The position numbers were made by a program, and so were the translations under genes. From positions 23,932,001-23,996,000 of the forward strand of contig CM068747.1 in NCBI GenBank assembly GCA_035084275.1: a stretch of 64,000 nt of DNA, written 5' to 3'. This document shows positions 50,412-62,471 of this stretch, in pieces. How positions within the stretch are numbered: the first letter of the stretch is position 1; every line of letters starts with the position of its first letter. Source of the stretch: Hydrolagus colliei. Lineage: Eukaryota. A model generated the notes under the pieces. It worked only from the letters and a program-made list of their open reading frames with translations, was not told where the DNA came from and ran no database searches.

Positions 50412-50450
50412 CTTGGCTGAAGTGCTGTCATCACACCACTGTATGTAAAG
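50412..50450 (-). CDS. MTX2: Metaxin-2 coding exon 7 (39 nt)
   Basis: gtcgtacag|CTT TAC ATA CAG TGG TGT GAT...GCC AAG|gtgtgt; LYIQWCDDSTSAK vs human LYLQWCDEATVGE. Confidence 0.94.
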
Positions 50451-50849
50451 CTGTACGACAAAAGACAAAAGTTAGTTCAGAAGAATATAAATATTATGCA
50501 TGTATATCTGTGTGGGTCTACACACCACATCCCTGTGACAAAGATCAGTAGTTGGGGATGGTTCTTAAAATCCCAACCCACCTTATAATGAATGGTGCAC
50601 GATCACTGATCAGTCATGCAGAAAGCTGGCTTGCTTCAAAACACCACCAACCTTATCACCCAAGTCATATGTGCACCCTAGTCCCATTCAGTTTTCTACC
50701 CAAATCACTTTGCTCTAAGAAGCAAATCATCTCCTCACTAATGCTGCTACCACACTTACTGGCTACATTGAAGAGGAAAGACAACTAGATTGATTTTAAT
50801 GTATAGTATTGAGAAAACAGAAACAGTAATGGTCTTTAGGCAGACATAC

Positions 50850-50942
50850 CTCAGCTGTCAAAAGCATATTATTCACCAGTTCCATGTAGGCTTTCATCTC
50901 AGCTTTTTGAACTTCATCCAGTCCCTCACTAAGTGAATGGCC
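50850..50942 (-). CDS. MTX2: Metaxin-2 coding exon 6 (93 nt)
   Basis: tctctctag|GGC CAT TCA...GCT GAG|gtatgt; [31 protein letters not shown]. Confidence 0.97.
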
Positions 50943-51473
50943 CTAGAGAGAAAGGTTTGTAGATGTACACTTTCAGATCTATGTTCTTAATGCAGTTAAA
51001 GGATCATCAAGATTACTGTACAATGAACATTCAGTTGATTATTTACCATCCAAATAAAAGTCATTAGTATGAACCAGTAATTTGAACTTGATCTTTAGGT
51101 TTAATCTTGTATCAGACAGTGCATTTAATCACTGGACCATTGGGGGAGCTGTCAAACAGCTCTAATTCAACAGTTTTTAAATGCAGTGTAGGTTTTAAAG
51201 GAGGAGGCAGCACATCACATTTCTTAATCAAACACAATTATCACTTAAATGAAACAGTTTTAGGACAAATAGTAGAAAGCATTTTATCAGCCTAGAGTAG
51301 CATATACCTACTTTCTACACTATAATCATAAACCCAATGCCCTATTAAGCAAAAGATGAAAGATAGCAGTAAATACATTTTTAGATGGCTGATTCAACAG
51401 AACACAATACAAAGTGACAGATGAAGTGGCATTTGCAATGCCAAAGTATGCTAACAGCTATCATTTTTCTCAC

Positions 51474-51550
51474 CTTGGCTTTTGCAAACTGGACTATGGG
51501 ACCAAGTTCTGATACAACGTGATTTCCCACATGTATAAAGGGAGCCTTGC
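51474..51550 (-). CDS. MTX2: Metaxin-2 coding exon 5 (77 nt)
   Basis: tatactcag|GC AAG GCT CCC...GCC AAG|gtgaga; (G)[25 protein letters not shown] vs human [26 protein letters not shown]. Confidence 0.97.
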
Positions 51551-52139
51551 CTGAGTATAAAAGAAGATCATTTAGGTTATTATAATATTTTTACACTAAA
51601 ATAGGACTTTTTACAAAAAAATCATGTTAAATATGTATAATTATAAACACAAAATAAATAAGGGCTGTTATTTAATAATAATAACAAGAACAGTTCAAAA
51701 ATGGATCTGCTCTGTCTCCACTAAGTAGTGAATATATTAGATATTTAACAGTAAAAGCCTCTTGTATGTAACTAAACATACAGAAACTCTTCCTGCCTAG
51801 CTCTTATAACATTGTTCAGTGTGCACATGACTTGATCCAGTTGCACATGAACTGTTTCTTGCTTAACATTTTTTTAAAGTTATTGTGCTTTTCTTAAAAG
51901 CTGCACTCCAAATTGTTTTTGTCTTTCTCTGTGCTATATCTACATGCACCTCAACACAAGTCAATGTCTTCAAGAAAGGAAAAACATCTGGTGTGATGTT
52001 TAATACTGAGCTGACTTTTAGCAGACAGATTGATGGTCAATAATTCCAGTTAGGAAAGAAAAATATTTGAATCTGAGTGGGACTCTGACCTCTTCCTCCA
52101 CACCCCCTTCCCCCATTTTCTATCGGTTGATGTCCCTTA

Positions 52140-52315
52140 TGTTAGCACGCAGCAACTAGTTAAACAATACTTTGGTAATTAGGGAATTCTAATCACTATT
52201 CTGGTTATTTTTTCCACTATTATTTTCTCCCATTTAAAATCCACTTCAATGAGGACACTTTACCAAGAAAAAACATAGGCTAGTCTATCGAATGCTTTTA
52301 ATCGCAAGTTTCCAC
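52140..52315 (+). repeat. Diverged second copy of the left arm of the intron-7 palindromic element
   Basis: Colinear blocks caact..agttaaa / gtaat.aggg..tcact.ttc.gg / aaaatcc...caatga / accaa...ataggctagtc shared with 49703-49885. Confidence 0.6.
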
Positions 52316-53476
52316 TCTAGATCATTCTAAATTTCTCCCAAAATCTTTTGGACTCCATTTCTCTTCAATATTTCATTCACAAGTTCTTTTGTAAGGATTG
52401 CGTTATCTTGTTTGCTTCAGTATGATTTTAAGATGTTTTATTTCAATGTTGCTTGGAGTAACCCTGCCTATTATCTTCTTTGGTTTCTGTTCCTCAATCC
52501 ACAATTACTGTACTATTAATGGTATTATTATTTAAACTTATGTTATTCTTTATTTAGTGCATTTGGGTTTTTCTGCCAACATTCCACAATTCTGCCACTA
52601 GATGCTAGAATGTAGGCCTTTACTACGTTATGCAACAACAACCACAGATGGTTTGCCCTATATTTACCAGGGTGGGCGGGGGGGAGAAATAAGCAATCTT
52701 GATCAGCATTTCCCCAAATTGCCTTGATTTCAGAAGTCAAATTGCAAAGCACCAATAGGCTATCCCAATCTGAAGACATTTACAAAAGCTAGAGTTATTT
52801 TAATCATTGAATCAATTTGAACATTTTCATCCAAAGCAAATGATTCCTCCAACTGGTTCTTCTACATTCACAATACCTCACGCTGCATTCAAATAATTGT
52901 GATCTGAACTCTTATCTCTAGCAATGCTATTCCGAAATCAGCTGTTAAGAGCAGCTGGAGAGAGTTTAGGTGGCCTGCACTTCAGATTTTCCTTTCCCTT
53001 CATATTCTCAAAACTAAAAATCTCCCACCATGGAATCATGAGTGCAGACCAGCAGTAAGATCGTAAAGAACGGTATGAGAAAAGCTCAATTGTTCCAGCA
53101 AACACAGAACGTATACTCTCATCAATTTCACCCACCAATTCTCTCCTGAAGGAAAGTTAAGAGATAAATACTCTAATTCCCTAAAGACAATAAAGAATAA
53201 CTCAGAAAATTCATTCATCCTCAAGTTGCTACCATTCAGCTATAGCTTGCTAAGCATTTTATTTTCTCTCTGGAGTGATAAAGGTAGTAAAAATTAACAA
53301 TAACCTATTACATGTGTGTGGAGGAGGGTGGGGGAAGCAATAATAAACTTAAGGGACTACAATGTTTTGTGTAAACATACATAAATTGTATTTTGTTTCA
53401 TAAGAAAGGTATGATGGTAAGAAAGGACCAGAGAAAAAATGTTTGGCCAATATGCATGAAACCTGCTGTTAAGGCC

Positions 53477-53493
53477 AGTTCACATACAGTTCA
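53477..53493 (+). promoter_or_regulatory. Candidate DR5 RARE AGTTCA-catac-AGTTCA in MTX2 intron 4
   Basis: Perfect DR5, with TCF/LEF-type CTTTGAA at 53521-53527 and 53648-53654. Confidence 0.5.
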
Positions 53494-54244
53494 GAGTAAC
53501 AGCAGGCTCCGTCATGGTTCCTTTGAATGGATTCAGTCTTCATTGCCTTCACAGGCAGCCTTAGGGTAATAGATGAGGTGAAACGTATGAACAAAAGCCT
53601 CATCTGCATCCATATGATAAAATGTATCACAAAAGAATTGCAGGTCTCTTTGAACATAGAGGTCTCTGAGCTTTTATTCACATGTGTTCAGGCACAAAGG
53701 GAATCCTTTAAGGCCAAGAGAATCACATGCATACTGCTAAAATTCAAAAGTCAATCCTGAGAGCATGCCTCTTACCCATCTTCCAATTCATACTCAAAGT
53801 AGAAATAATGTAAATAACCATCCCAGCAATGTCTGAAGCAAGGCATCCTTCTATTAAATTTCTCATGTCATAAAAACTAAGTGCTAGGTAAGTGCACAGC
53901 TGCTCATTCTTATTTGCTTGACTAACTGTACACAGCTGGAATAATCAGTAGGTAATAGCTCTTTCAGATATAAGGTCATAATATCCTCTGTGGCATATTG
54001 CTAACTCGCGCGTTTTTGCCATGGAAATTCTCAAATAACTGCAAGTTTACAGTCATTTACAATACAAATAAACAAGGTTGAAAAAGGAGAATGAACATAG
54101 CATCACAAAAGCATGTGACAAGAATAGCTTGTGACCAGAGGTAGGTCACATTATGGTGCTGCTTATTGGCTACAGGCTAAGATATGTTGCCATGGCACCG
54201 CACAAAACAGCCCCTCCAGGAATTTGATTCAGCGCCAGACTTAC

Positions 54245-54317
54245 CAGATGGGGACATATACTCTGCATTTGCCCGGTAAACCACCTGGACTGACAGATTG
54301 CATATCCGCAGAAATGC
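54245..54317 (-). CDS. MTX2: Metaxin-2 coding exon 4 (73 nt)
   Basis: gtattgcag|GCA TTT CTG...CCA TCT G|gtaagt; AFLRICNLSVQVVYRANAEYMSPS(G), contains the MTX2 RANAEYMSPSG motif. Confidence 0.97.
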
Positions 54318-56505
54318 CTGCAATACAACAACATTGCAATGAAAGTAACATTTTAGAAACACGCAATCATAATTCAAGACAGATCGCACCGTTAGAAAGA
54401 AAAAGAAAATAGTTAATCCGCCTTTGGCTGTCAGGTGGGGCTGATCCACATCAAAAGCAATCGGCGGAAAATAATAGGTTTGCCTCCCATCACCCCTATC
54501 CAATGCATAATTACAAAAGATCAGGAAAATATTTAGGCTCGGAGGATTGTGTTTCTTCATGTACAGACTTTATGACGTAAATTTAAAATATGTAAAGCAT
54601 AGATAGATACATAAACACATTGTATAATATCTTTTTGTGAAATAAATTGTTTGAATTTGCTGAATATAATGGATTTGCCATAAAGGCGATCCCTTCAAAT
54701 ATTGGTGGAGAGGGTGGGGAGGGGAGGGTGAGAGATGTAATGGATGATACAATTAATCCATTATTCTCTTGAATTTATTCCTGCTGAACAATAAGGTGTT
54801 TGTTTCTTTGGTTTTTCATGACGGCTAGTAAAGAATATTTTGATCAATACAAGGAGCAATCTTTGTAGGTCCTAATTCATACTATACCAATTACAAACTA
54901 CTTCAAGCTAGAAGGGAAAAATCTGACTGTGAAGTAATAGAAAGGAATAGAAACCTTCAAATTTAGCGTGCAGCAAATTTATCATTATTTTGTTTGGCAA
55001 GCACACTGTGTGTGGCTCCCCAAAGGCTCACGCAAGCACAATGTTGGAGACAAACAATTTGCTGGCACTTTGCCTCAGTGTGCAACACTGCCAACCTCCA
55101 ACCAGGTCTCAGTTTTTCCACCAACAAATTCTACGTACTATATGAAAGTAAATTGAATTCAAGGTACCCTAAACTAGCCTGAGGTGAATTGTAAAATTGT
55201 GTCACCGGGTTGCTTGCTGCTGCTATGAGGAGCAGTGGCTGCGCAGTGGTGTGTTTGTGCTGCCAGCCAGCCAGCTGACTGAATCGGCCACAGTGCTACA
55301 CTGAGGACACGGTCCTCTTCTAAACAGCTGCCATGGAATTCTCAGGATATTTGTAATATTAAGATAAATGTATTGTCATTTCAGTGTCTCTAAAGACCAA
55401 GGAAGTCATGGTTTTGCTTCTATTTCCACCATGCTAGAAGCTCTCCTTTTCCATCTCTTCTGCTTGGGCATTTGTTCGATTTCCAATAAGTTAGAAAAAA
55501 GAAAATGGCACATGTTAATGTAGAATACTTCATGTTTTAGTATAGATATTGCAGGGCCCTTGTCTATTTCTACTTATTTGAAATACCCAACAACTATGCC
55601 TGAGTGGAAAAAAATCCCAAAGTTTATGAGGCATTAAAATGAGTCCCAAGCTCTGAATAAAACAGCAAGGCTGTATGCCGAGACACTTACTGATGCATAG
55701 AAATCAGTAAGCTGAAGGATTCCTGTGCTTATTCCTATTACACCGCATGCTTAAAAGTGTTAATAAAAGGGACTCCAAGAAAATTAATCTATAATATTGC
55801 TGCTGTCAACACCACTTTTGCAGTAATCATGTAATGTAGTTAGGTGTTAAATGATGTGCTTGAGTTCAGGATTATGTGGCAAAATTTAATTAGCAATAAT
55901 AAAATCTACACAATGCTACCTCTTGATTTAGCAATAGAAACACAGTTTATGTTTCACCTGGTCTGAATTGTTCTTATCTACACGAGAGTGTATTTATGTT
56001 TTACGCAGCTTGACTGCTTGTAGAAAACACTGAGTGGCACACTTCGTCATTTAAAAATCCGAATGCAGACCTGCAAATCTTTGTCCTTCACCTTTATGTC
56101 TATCCATCCCGCTGGGAGTATTTGATGTTGGCACGAGGTAGGACACATTCCATTCCTCAGCATGGGCACTTTGAACATCAAATATTTGAATTTGAAAATA
56201 ATTTCCCTCTTCCCATTTTTTTTCTTGGGCTTCTTGGCTCTCTTCTTTATAGATCTTGAGATATCAGCATCTGTTTCCTGGCTGAGAGAAAGGGCAACAT
56301 CCCTTCTGCCTGTTCTCAGGTAATGCAATCTTTTGGCCAGCCTCTGATGTCAATCCCAAAAAAACTTTCCATTCCTCCCTAAAGGGAAACATTTAGCTGC
56401 ACTTGCTTGCCTTCTTTTGATGGCATAACGAAGATTGAGAACTGAGATAGGGAACTATCAATGTGAAAACTGCATCTTGTGACTCTGTAACATGCCATTA
56501 CAATG

Positions 56506-56566
56506 TTCAAGCGCTCTGAGATGCCGTCCGGCGTGGAGGGCGCTATATAAATTGAAGTTGTTGTTA
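56506..56566 (+). mobile_element. L2 tail-only insertion
   Basis: aagcgctctgagatgccgtccggcgtggagggcgctatataaattgaagttgttgtt. Confidence 0.78.
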
Positions 56567-58711
56567 TGTTGCACATTTCCATCTTAATGTATCCCCAATT
56601 TAATGTACATGGTTAAAATACTAAAAGAACTATACATTTTAGAAAACAACTATTCTTGTATGAACAGGCATTAATGCTTTTTTCTATATATTTGACTTGG
56701 GAAAGTTACCAAACACTTTTTCTACAAGAACCATAAGTCATAATTTAGTATCATGGTCCTGCGATGTTAATGCTGGCACCATTTAGAGCCCTCTTGGTAC
56801 AATGTCAAGGTCAAATATGAGGAAGTCACTGAATTTCTAGAACTCTGAGGGCACATATTCTTTTCAACTATAAAACAATGATACTGTCACCATTCTCTAC
56901 AACTAAAGTTAAACAACACAAGTGTGAAGCAGCATCAGCAAATAATGGAATTGTTGCTGACAGAAAATAATCCTATCAAAGATTTGACTTTAGCAAAGCG
57001 TAACTGCAATATTTAAAGTGCTACAAACTACATATAGAAAATAAATTTAATGTTTACTTTACTGTAAAATTAACAGTTCTTATATATTTGTAGTGAATTG
57101 TTTAACTCTTCATCTGTCTAAACACTCAAGAATTATTGTTTATCTACAATTATCGTCAAGTTTATCTCACTAATATGCTGAATGAGAAGCACAATGTTTT
57201 TAAAAATTAAATTAGATGCTTGCCAATTACAATGGGAATTTTCTAGTTCTAATTTTCTACATGCACGTGATTATTATTTTTCAATTATTTTGATACGTAA
57301 ACATTCCAAAGCATATAAAGGCAGGAATTCGTTGCTGGAGCCTGCAATTTCGGATTGAGCAGAGCACAGAATTCAATAATGTCCTGGCTGTAAAACAAGA
57401 ATATTTATGTTCTCAAATAAATCTGACTGCATTAGAAATACTGCACTCAAATGGATTATTCCCTAAACTGTGTCCATGCTATTGTGCAATGCAACTTCAT
57501 TTCCAGTACAAATATTGGTATTTCACAAAGAGTTTATTTCTTCTAAGTTTAATTTAGGCACAAATGCAAGAATTAATCTCAATTGTATTTTAAACATTTT
57601 CTAAAATACAGGTACTGCATTTTATTTTGCAGTTGTAAATTATTATATCTATAAATACATACGGCTGGACCCTGAAGCTGCTTTCACATTTAAACTTACA
57701 GAGTCTGTAATTCAACGTATGTGTCCGTGGTTACAAATGAAAACTGCACTGCATCATTCCTCATCTCTGAGTCAGAACAAATTCCTAATCCAGTTAGGCT
57801 AATGGCTCTACTTGTAGTTTAACACAAATTAAGACCCTAATTATATTAAGTACTAGTTTAAACACTGAACAAATTTCCTTAATCGTGCGAATGTAATTTA
57901 CCATCCAGCCGTAATCATTTTCAAAATCAATCCATTTCACATGCAGCTATGGACTGTACAAATGGCATTAAGCGATGTTATTGTTGTTCATTCAGCATTA
58001 GTACAAGTGAGGTCCAGAAATGATAGATGAATGCATTGTACAGTCACCTGTAATTTTACCAGCAACTCACTATTTGTTTTATACCACTGGCGATTGCGTA
58101 TGTCTACTGACCAGATCTGTTAAACTAAACCATTCCTCACATCAGTCAATGCAGAATTTTCAACAACACAATTTAATTTCCACCTGTAACTTAATATTAA
58201 AGAAAATGATGCAATGGACTATATATGCATTTTCACTCCTGAGCTCAATATGAAAACTGCAGTGTACACAATACTAAAGTTTAAATTGTTTTTCTTGTAT
58301 AGTGATGTAGCTTCTGCTATAATTTGTTTTGGAAGGGTTTTCTATTGAATATTAAAATATTTATTTCTGTTATTTGTAGGAAAAACATTAACAATAGAAC
58401 ACATCATCACTTGAGTGAAAAGTATATCAAACGTTACATAACTTTAAGTAGCAGTGAAGCTTTCAGAACCTACATAAAAATACATTATTTCTAGTAGTGC
58501 GAAAAGCCCAGACCATATTTATATATTAAAAACAATCTTTATAGAAGATTCCATGACCATAAAAAGCTATCAAAATTGCAACTGTAACTTGTCTGAATAT
58601 GACTGTATGTATCTTACAGCAAAAACGTTGCAATTGTATTGACCTCAAGAAAGAAAAAGCAACAATTATTTAGAATTCACAGTAACCAAGTACATTAAAT
58701 GCTGTAAATCC

Positions 58712-58861
58712 TACATTTGTATAGCGCCTTTCACGTTGGGAATTGTACCTAATACCTTTCGGATGGATATTTTCTGTATATCAACAACAACAGAATTACA
58801 TTTTTATAGCATCTTTCATGTCGGGAGGGCCTTGGGCATCCGAAAGATATTAGGTACAATT
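58712..58861 (-). mobile_element. Two L2 tail stubs, each followed by the same 25-bp sequence in opposite orientation
   Basis: tacattt.tatagc..ctttca.gt.ggga occurs twice; inverted repeat 58741-58765 / 58837-58861. Confidence 0.75.
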
Positions 58862-59032
58862 TAGAATATTTAATACGTTTGTGGTTAGAATATTTAACAA
58901 GTACTTTGCAAAGCTTTTTTCTAAAAATCTAATTATATTACATTTAAATGTAAATCCTCTTACATGCACATGAATAGGAAATTATTCTCTTAAGAGAGCA
59001 TTCATGCTGAAAGCGGCATAAGTTCCAAAATA

Positions 59033-59747
59033 CAGTAGAAGCCCGTTTATCCGTGATTCGATGAACTGGCACTTCCGTATAATGGGCACGCCAAAAAAAA
59101 GTCCCCATTCAATAAACTGGAACTTATCCGGAACAATAGCAGTGGAGCTAAATGCATAAATAATAACACAATATTGTATTAGTACTTATTGTTAAAACTA
59201 CTCTCTTGCGCTTCTCACCTTTGCTGGTAGATGCTACGCTTGAAGCCATCATGCTGCGGTTGAGGTTTATAATCCAGCGATTCTTTTTAAAATGGAGCAC
59301 GCCAAGCGGGTGAAAAAAATGGAGCTCAACTTTAAAGCCATACTAGCGGCAAGCCGAGAACGCTAGCCGATAACCCACATTGTCGCGCAGGTGCAGTATT
59401 TTTGTTTGCTGCTCGTAAAGTCTAGGGCTATCGGCTTGCCGCTAGTAAAGTCGTGTGACTTTAAAGTCGCGCTGCCGTTTTTTTCACTCGCTTGGCGTCC
59501 TCCATTTAAAAAAGAATCGCTGGACTGTAAACCTCAATCAGTAAAGGTGAGAAGTGCAAGAGAGTAGTTTTAACAATAAGTACCAATACAACATTCTGTT
59601 ATTAGCTGTTATTATTTAGTCTGGTGTGTTAAAAGAACTTTAATTTTTGTTTGGTGGTTTTCAGCCGCGGGCCGCCCGACTATCCGGCAGGCGCTTTAAC
59701 CGGCATTGGCCAGGTCCCGCTAGTGCTGGATAAACGCGCTTTTACCG
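59033..59747. mobile_element. Non-autonomous Tc1/mariner (pogo/Tigger-like) MITE, 715 bp, in MTX2 intron 3
   Basis: TA at 59031-59032 and 59748-59749; TIRs CAGTAGAAGCCCGTTTATCC vs CGGTAAAAGCGCGTTTATCC; CpG-rich; long internal palindrome. Confidence 0.88.
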
Positions 59748-61598
59748 TACCATGTTTAGCTTACTTGTTTGCCAATGGCAAAGTGTTGTTGTTGGCACAA
59801 TTGTAAACTAACCAAAGCTTTTGCCCATAAGCTAATTGCTGTGGAATTTCCATGTGTAGGCAGGATGCATGGAAATCTCAGCTTGGTTTGGATACTCTTA
59901 AGCATGGTGACGGGTTTCCGAATGTTTCAGACACCCGATGATGAAAAACAAAAGCGACTGGCACGTGAGTTTGGTGGTCTTACACATGCAATGGTTTCAC
60001 CATTGTGTGTGTATGTGTGCGTGCACAATTGCCACCATTTTGCACACATCAGTTCTGTGCATTACCTTATACACGTAAGCAATGCAAATCGTGCATGGAT
60101 TTGGTACATGCTGAATTACTTATGGTAGCGTTTGGCAGACTCTTCCAGCTACCAGAGTCAAAAGCCAAATGTGGCATTTATTGGTATGAAAAGATCCCTT
60201 GAGAAAAACTACCATGAACTAGAATTCAATTACATTTTAGTGGATTTTCCAGCATATTAAGGCCATAAAGATCCATCTACATCATAGCTTCCCTGTACCC
60301 CAATTGTATTCCATTTGTCTCATTCATTTTAACAAACTACTCTTCTTCCTTTCGGATAACAACCAGATGTGCCAACAACTTAGGAATGAAAGCCAATCGT
60401 CTGTCTGCTCATTTGCCCTCTTCACTTTGTTCAGAATTCATCTTTTTTTAAACAATTCCTTTCAGGAGTATGTACGTCGGGTTTTTTGATCCCACTGGCC
60501 TCAACACACCTGATTTAGGGACAATAAAAGCAGCAATGCTTTCCAACTGATCATTATATAAATACCTGCTGGAAGAATTAAAGGAACAGCATTGCACCCA
60601 CTTCAATACACAGCCAAGACCTAGCGTCAAGATGCAAACAAATAATGACGAACTGGATTCCTAAGAATCAGTGCACCAACATAAGGTAAAATGTCACAAC
60701 CCTTCAGAAGAAGCGAAGAGGAGAAAACTAAGCTAAAATTAGTAGACCCTCCAAAGACCTTGAAATTGGGTGAATACTGGCTTTAAATAACTCTTAACGA
60801 ATGCAAAAGCAATACTGAATAAGACTACATATTGGTAAGTATTGAATACTGAGAAAGGGGTTCAGGTCAAATGCATATGAAGTTGTTTTATAAAAATCTT
60901 AAATTTATACGATGAAACTATAAAATTTGATATGAAGGAAATAAACTACTTTAAATTAAACATCATCAAGAAAACAGCACTATATCAATAAGACACCCCG
61001 AGAAGGGTACACTGAGCTACAGTTACATGTAACTAAGCTTTTTCAAAGTGAAAATTGCCCAGAAAAATCCAATAATTTTAAGCATTTGAATTCCTGAACA
61101 CATAAATGTGCCTCAAAGAAGATAACAATCTTACTGTTAAATAGATTTATAAATAAGTTCACCAGTGAAATCTCAGTCCATTAACGCAGAATATTTTTTT
61201 AAAAACCTGAACCACACTTTCTGCAAAACTATATCCTAGAAGTTATAAAATGATATATTACAAATTATTTTACATACAATAGTAAAATCAAAGTTGAAGT
61301 TCTGAAATGGAGTCTTCCATGGAGTACAGCATTCACCTTTGAGCTCATATTTCTGAATAAATAATCTTTCGGTCACCATTAACTGGCTTCTATTAGTTTC
61401 CTGACAGGCATTTTTTTTTCTGCCAAATGAACTAGATTTCCAACCTAAACAAGTTTCAATGAGTTTCATATAAATTATCAAAGTAGGTACCATTCCAACA
61501 ACTGCTCGGTTTCCTTTCAAGCTGATAAAACATTTTGTGTCAAATCTTGTTAGTTGACCCTTAACACTGAGAATACAAGACTATGTTGGTATTCCTAC

Positions 61599-61645
61599 CT
61601 GAACAGCAAGACATGAAGCATTGTCTGACAGCAAGATCTGTTCCC
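61599..61645 (-). CDS. MTX2: Metaxin-2 coding exon 3 (47 nt)
   Basis: attatgcag|GG GAA CAG ATC...GTT CAG|gtagga; (G)EQILLSDNASCLAVQ vs human GEQILLSDNAASLAVQ; phase 1 to 0. Confidence 0.96.
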
Positions 61646-62423
61646 CTGCATAATGAGAGGACAAAAGTCATTTAGAAGGCAATTTTATCACCTGAATCGG
61701 ACCATTAGTACACCACAATCATTTTGCATTGTTTACTTAAAAGTGAGAAATGTCTCAAATATTGTTCTTAAAAAAGCTGTTTGAAGTTAATATTATAAAA
61801 CATTTCAGTCTGTCAGAGGGAAGAAAGATGACAAGTTCACTGCAATAAAAATTCCTTGGTTTGGAGGACTGGGGCAGCAACCCATTAGTCTTCATTACTT
61901 TGCAGTCTTCTGACAACTGGAGCAGGCTGCTGTGCCCCAAATGGGGGCCTTAACATGAGCTGATGATATATGAAGAGCTGCTAAAGGAAACCTGAACTAT
62001 CTCTGCTAGTGTGCAGGATTTTAACAGGTCTTTTTTAATGAGACTGAAGTTCACCATAATATTTAAAAATCTGCCGCATCTACAAATCATATCCTAATTG
62101 TTGGTAAATCTGTCAATAGGATCTGCAGCCACATAACTACTTACGGGAGCCGATAGCTATAATGGCTCAATAATAAACCATGAAGGTTAGACTTCATGAA
62201 TGGCTGGTTTATGTTGACAGACAGATGTTGGGTAAAACCTCTTAATAGACAGGCATAATAGCACCAAATACTGAAAAATTCTGCCACATGCCCTGAATCT
62301 CCTCTTGCTAAACAATGTAGCTCACTGCATAAAGAGTCAGTTTTCTTCATTTGGAAAAACATGGTAATTATTTAACTGTGCTTGTGAACAATTACGGTAT
62401 TTAATCTAAAAATGAATGCCTAC

Positions 62424-62471
62424 CCTTCAATGGTTGATACAGCATTGCATTTTCTGGCCAAGGTTCTGCAG
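62424..62471 (-). CDS. MTX2: Metaxin-2 coding exon 2 (48 nt)
   Basis: ttttcacag|CT GCA GAA CCT...TTG AAG G|gtaggc; encodes (A)AEPWPENAMLYQPLK(G), matching vertebrate MTX2 AAEPWPENATLYQQLKG; phase 1 to 1. Confidence 0.96.

Noticed and set aside
60466-60550. Plus-strand acceptor followed by an open frame SMYVGFFDPTGLNTPDLGTIKAAMLSN*
   Set aside because: Antisense within MTX2 intron 3, with no recognisable homology and no supported upstream exons.
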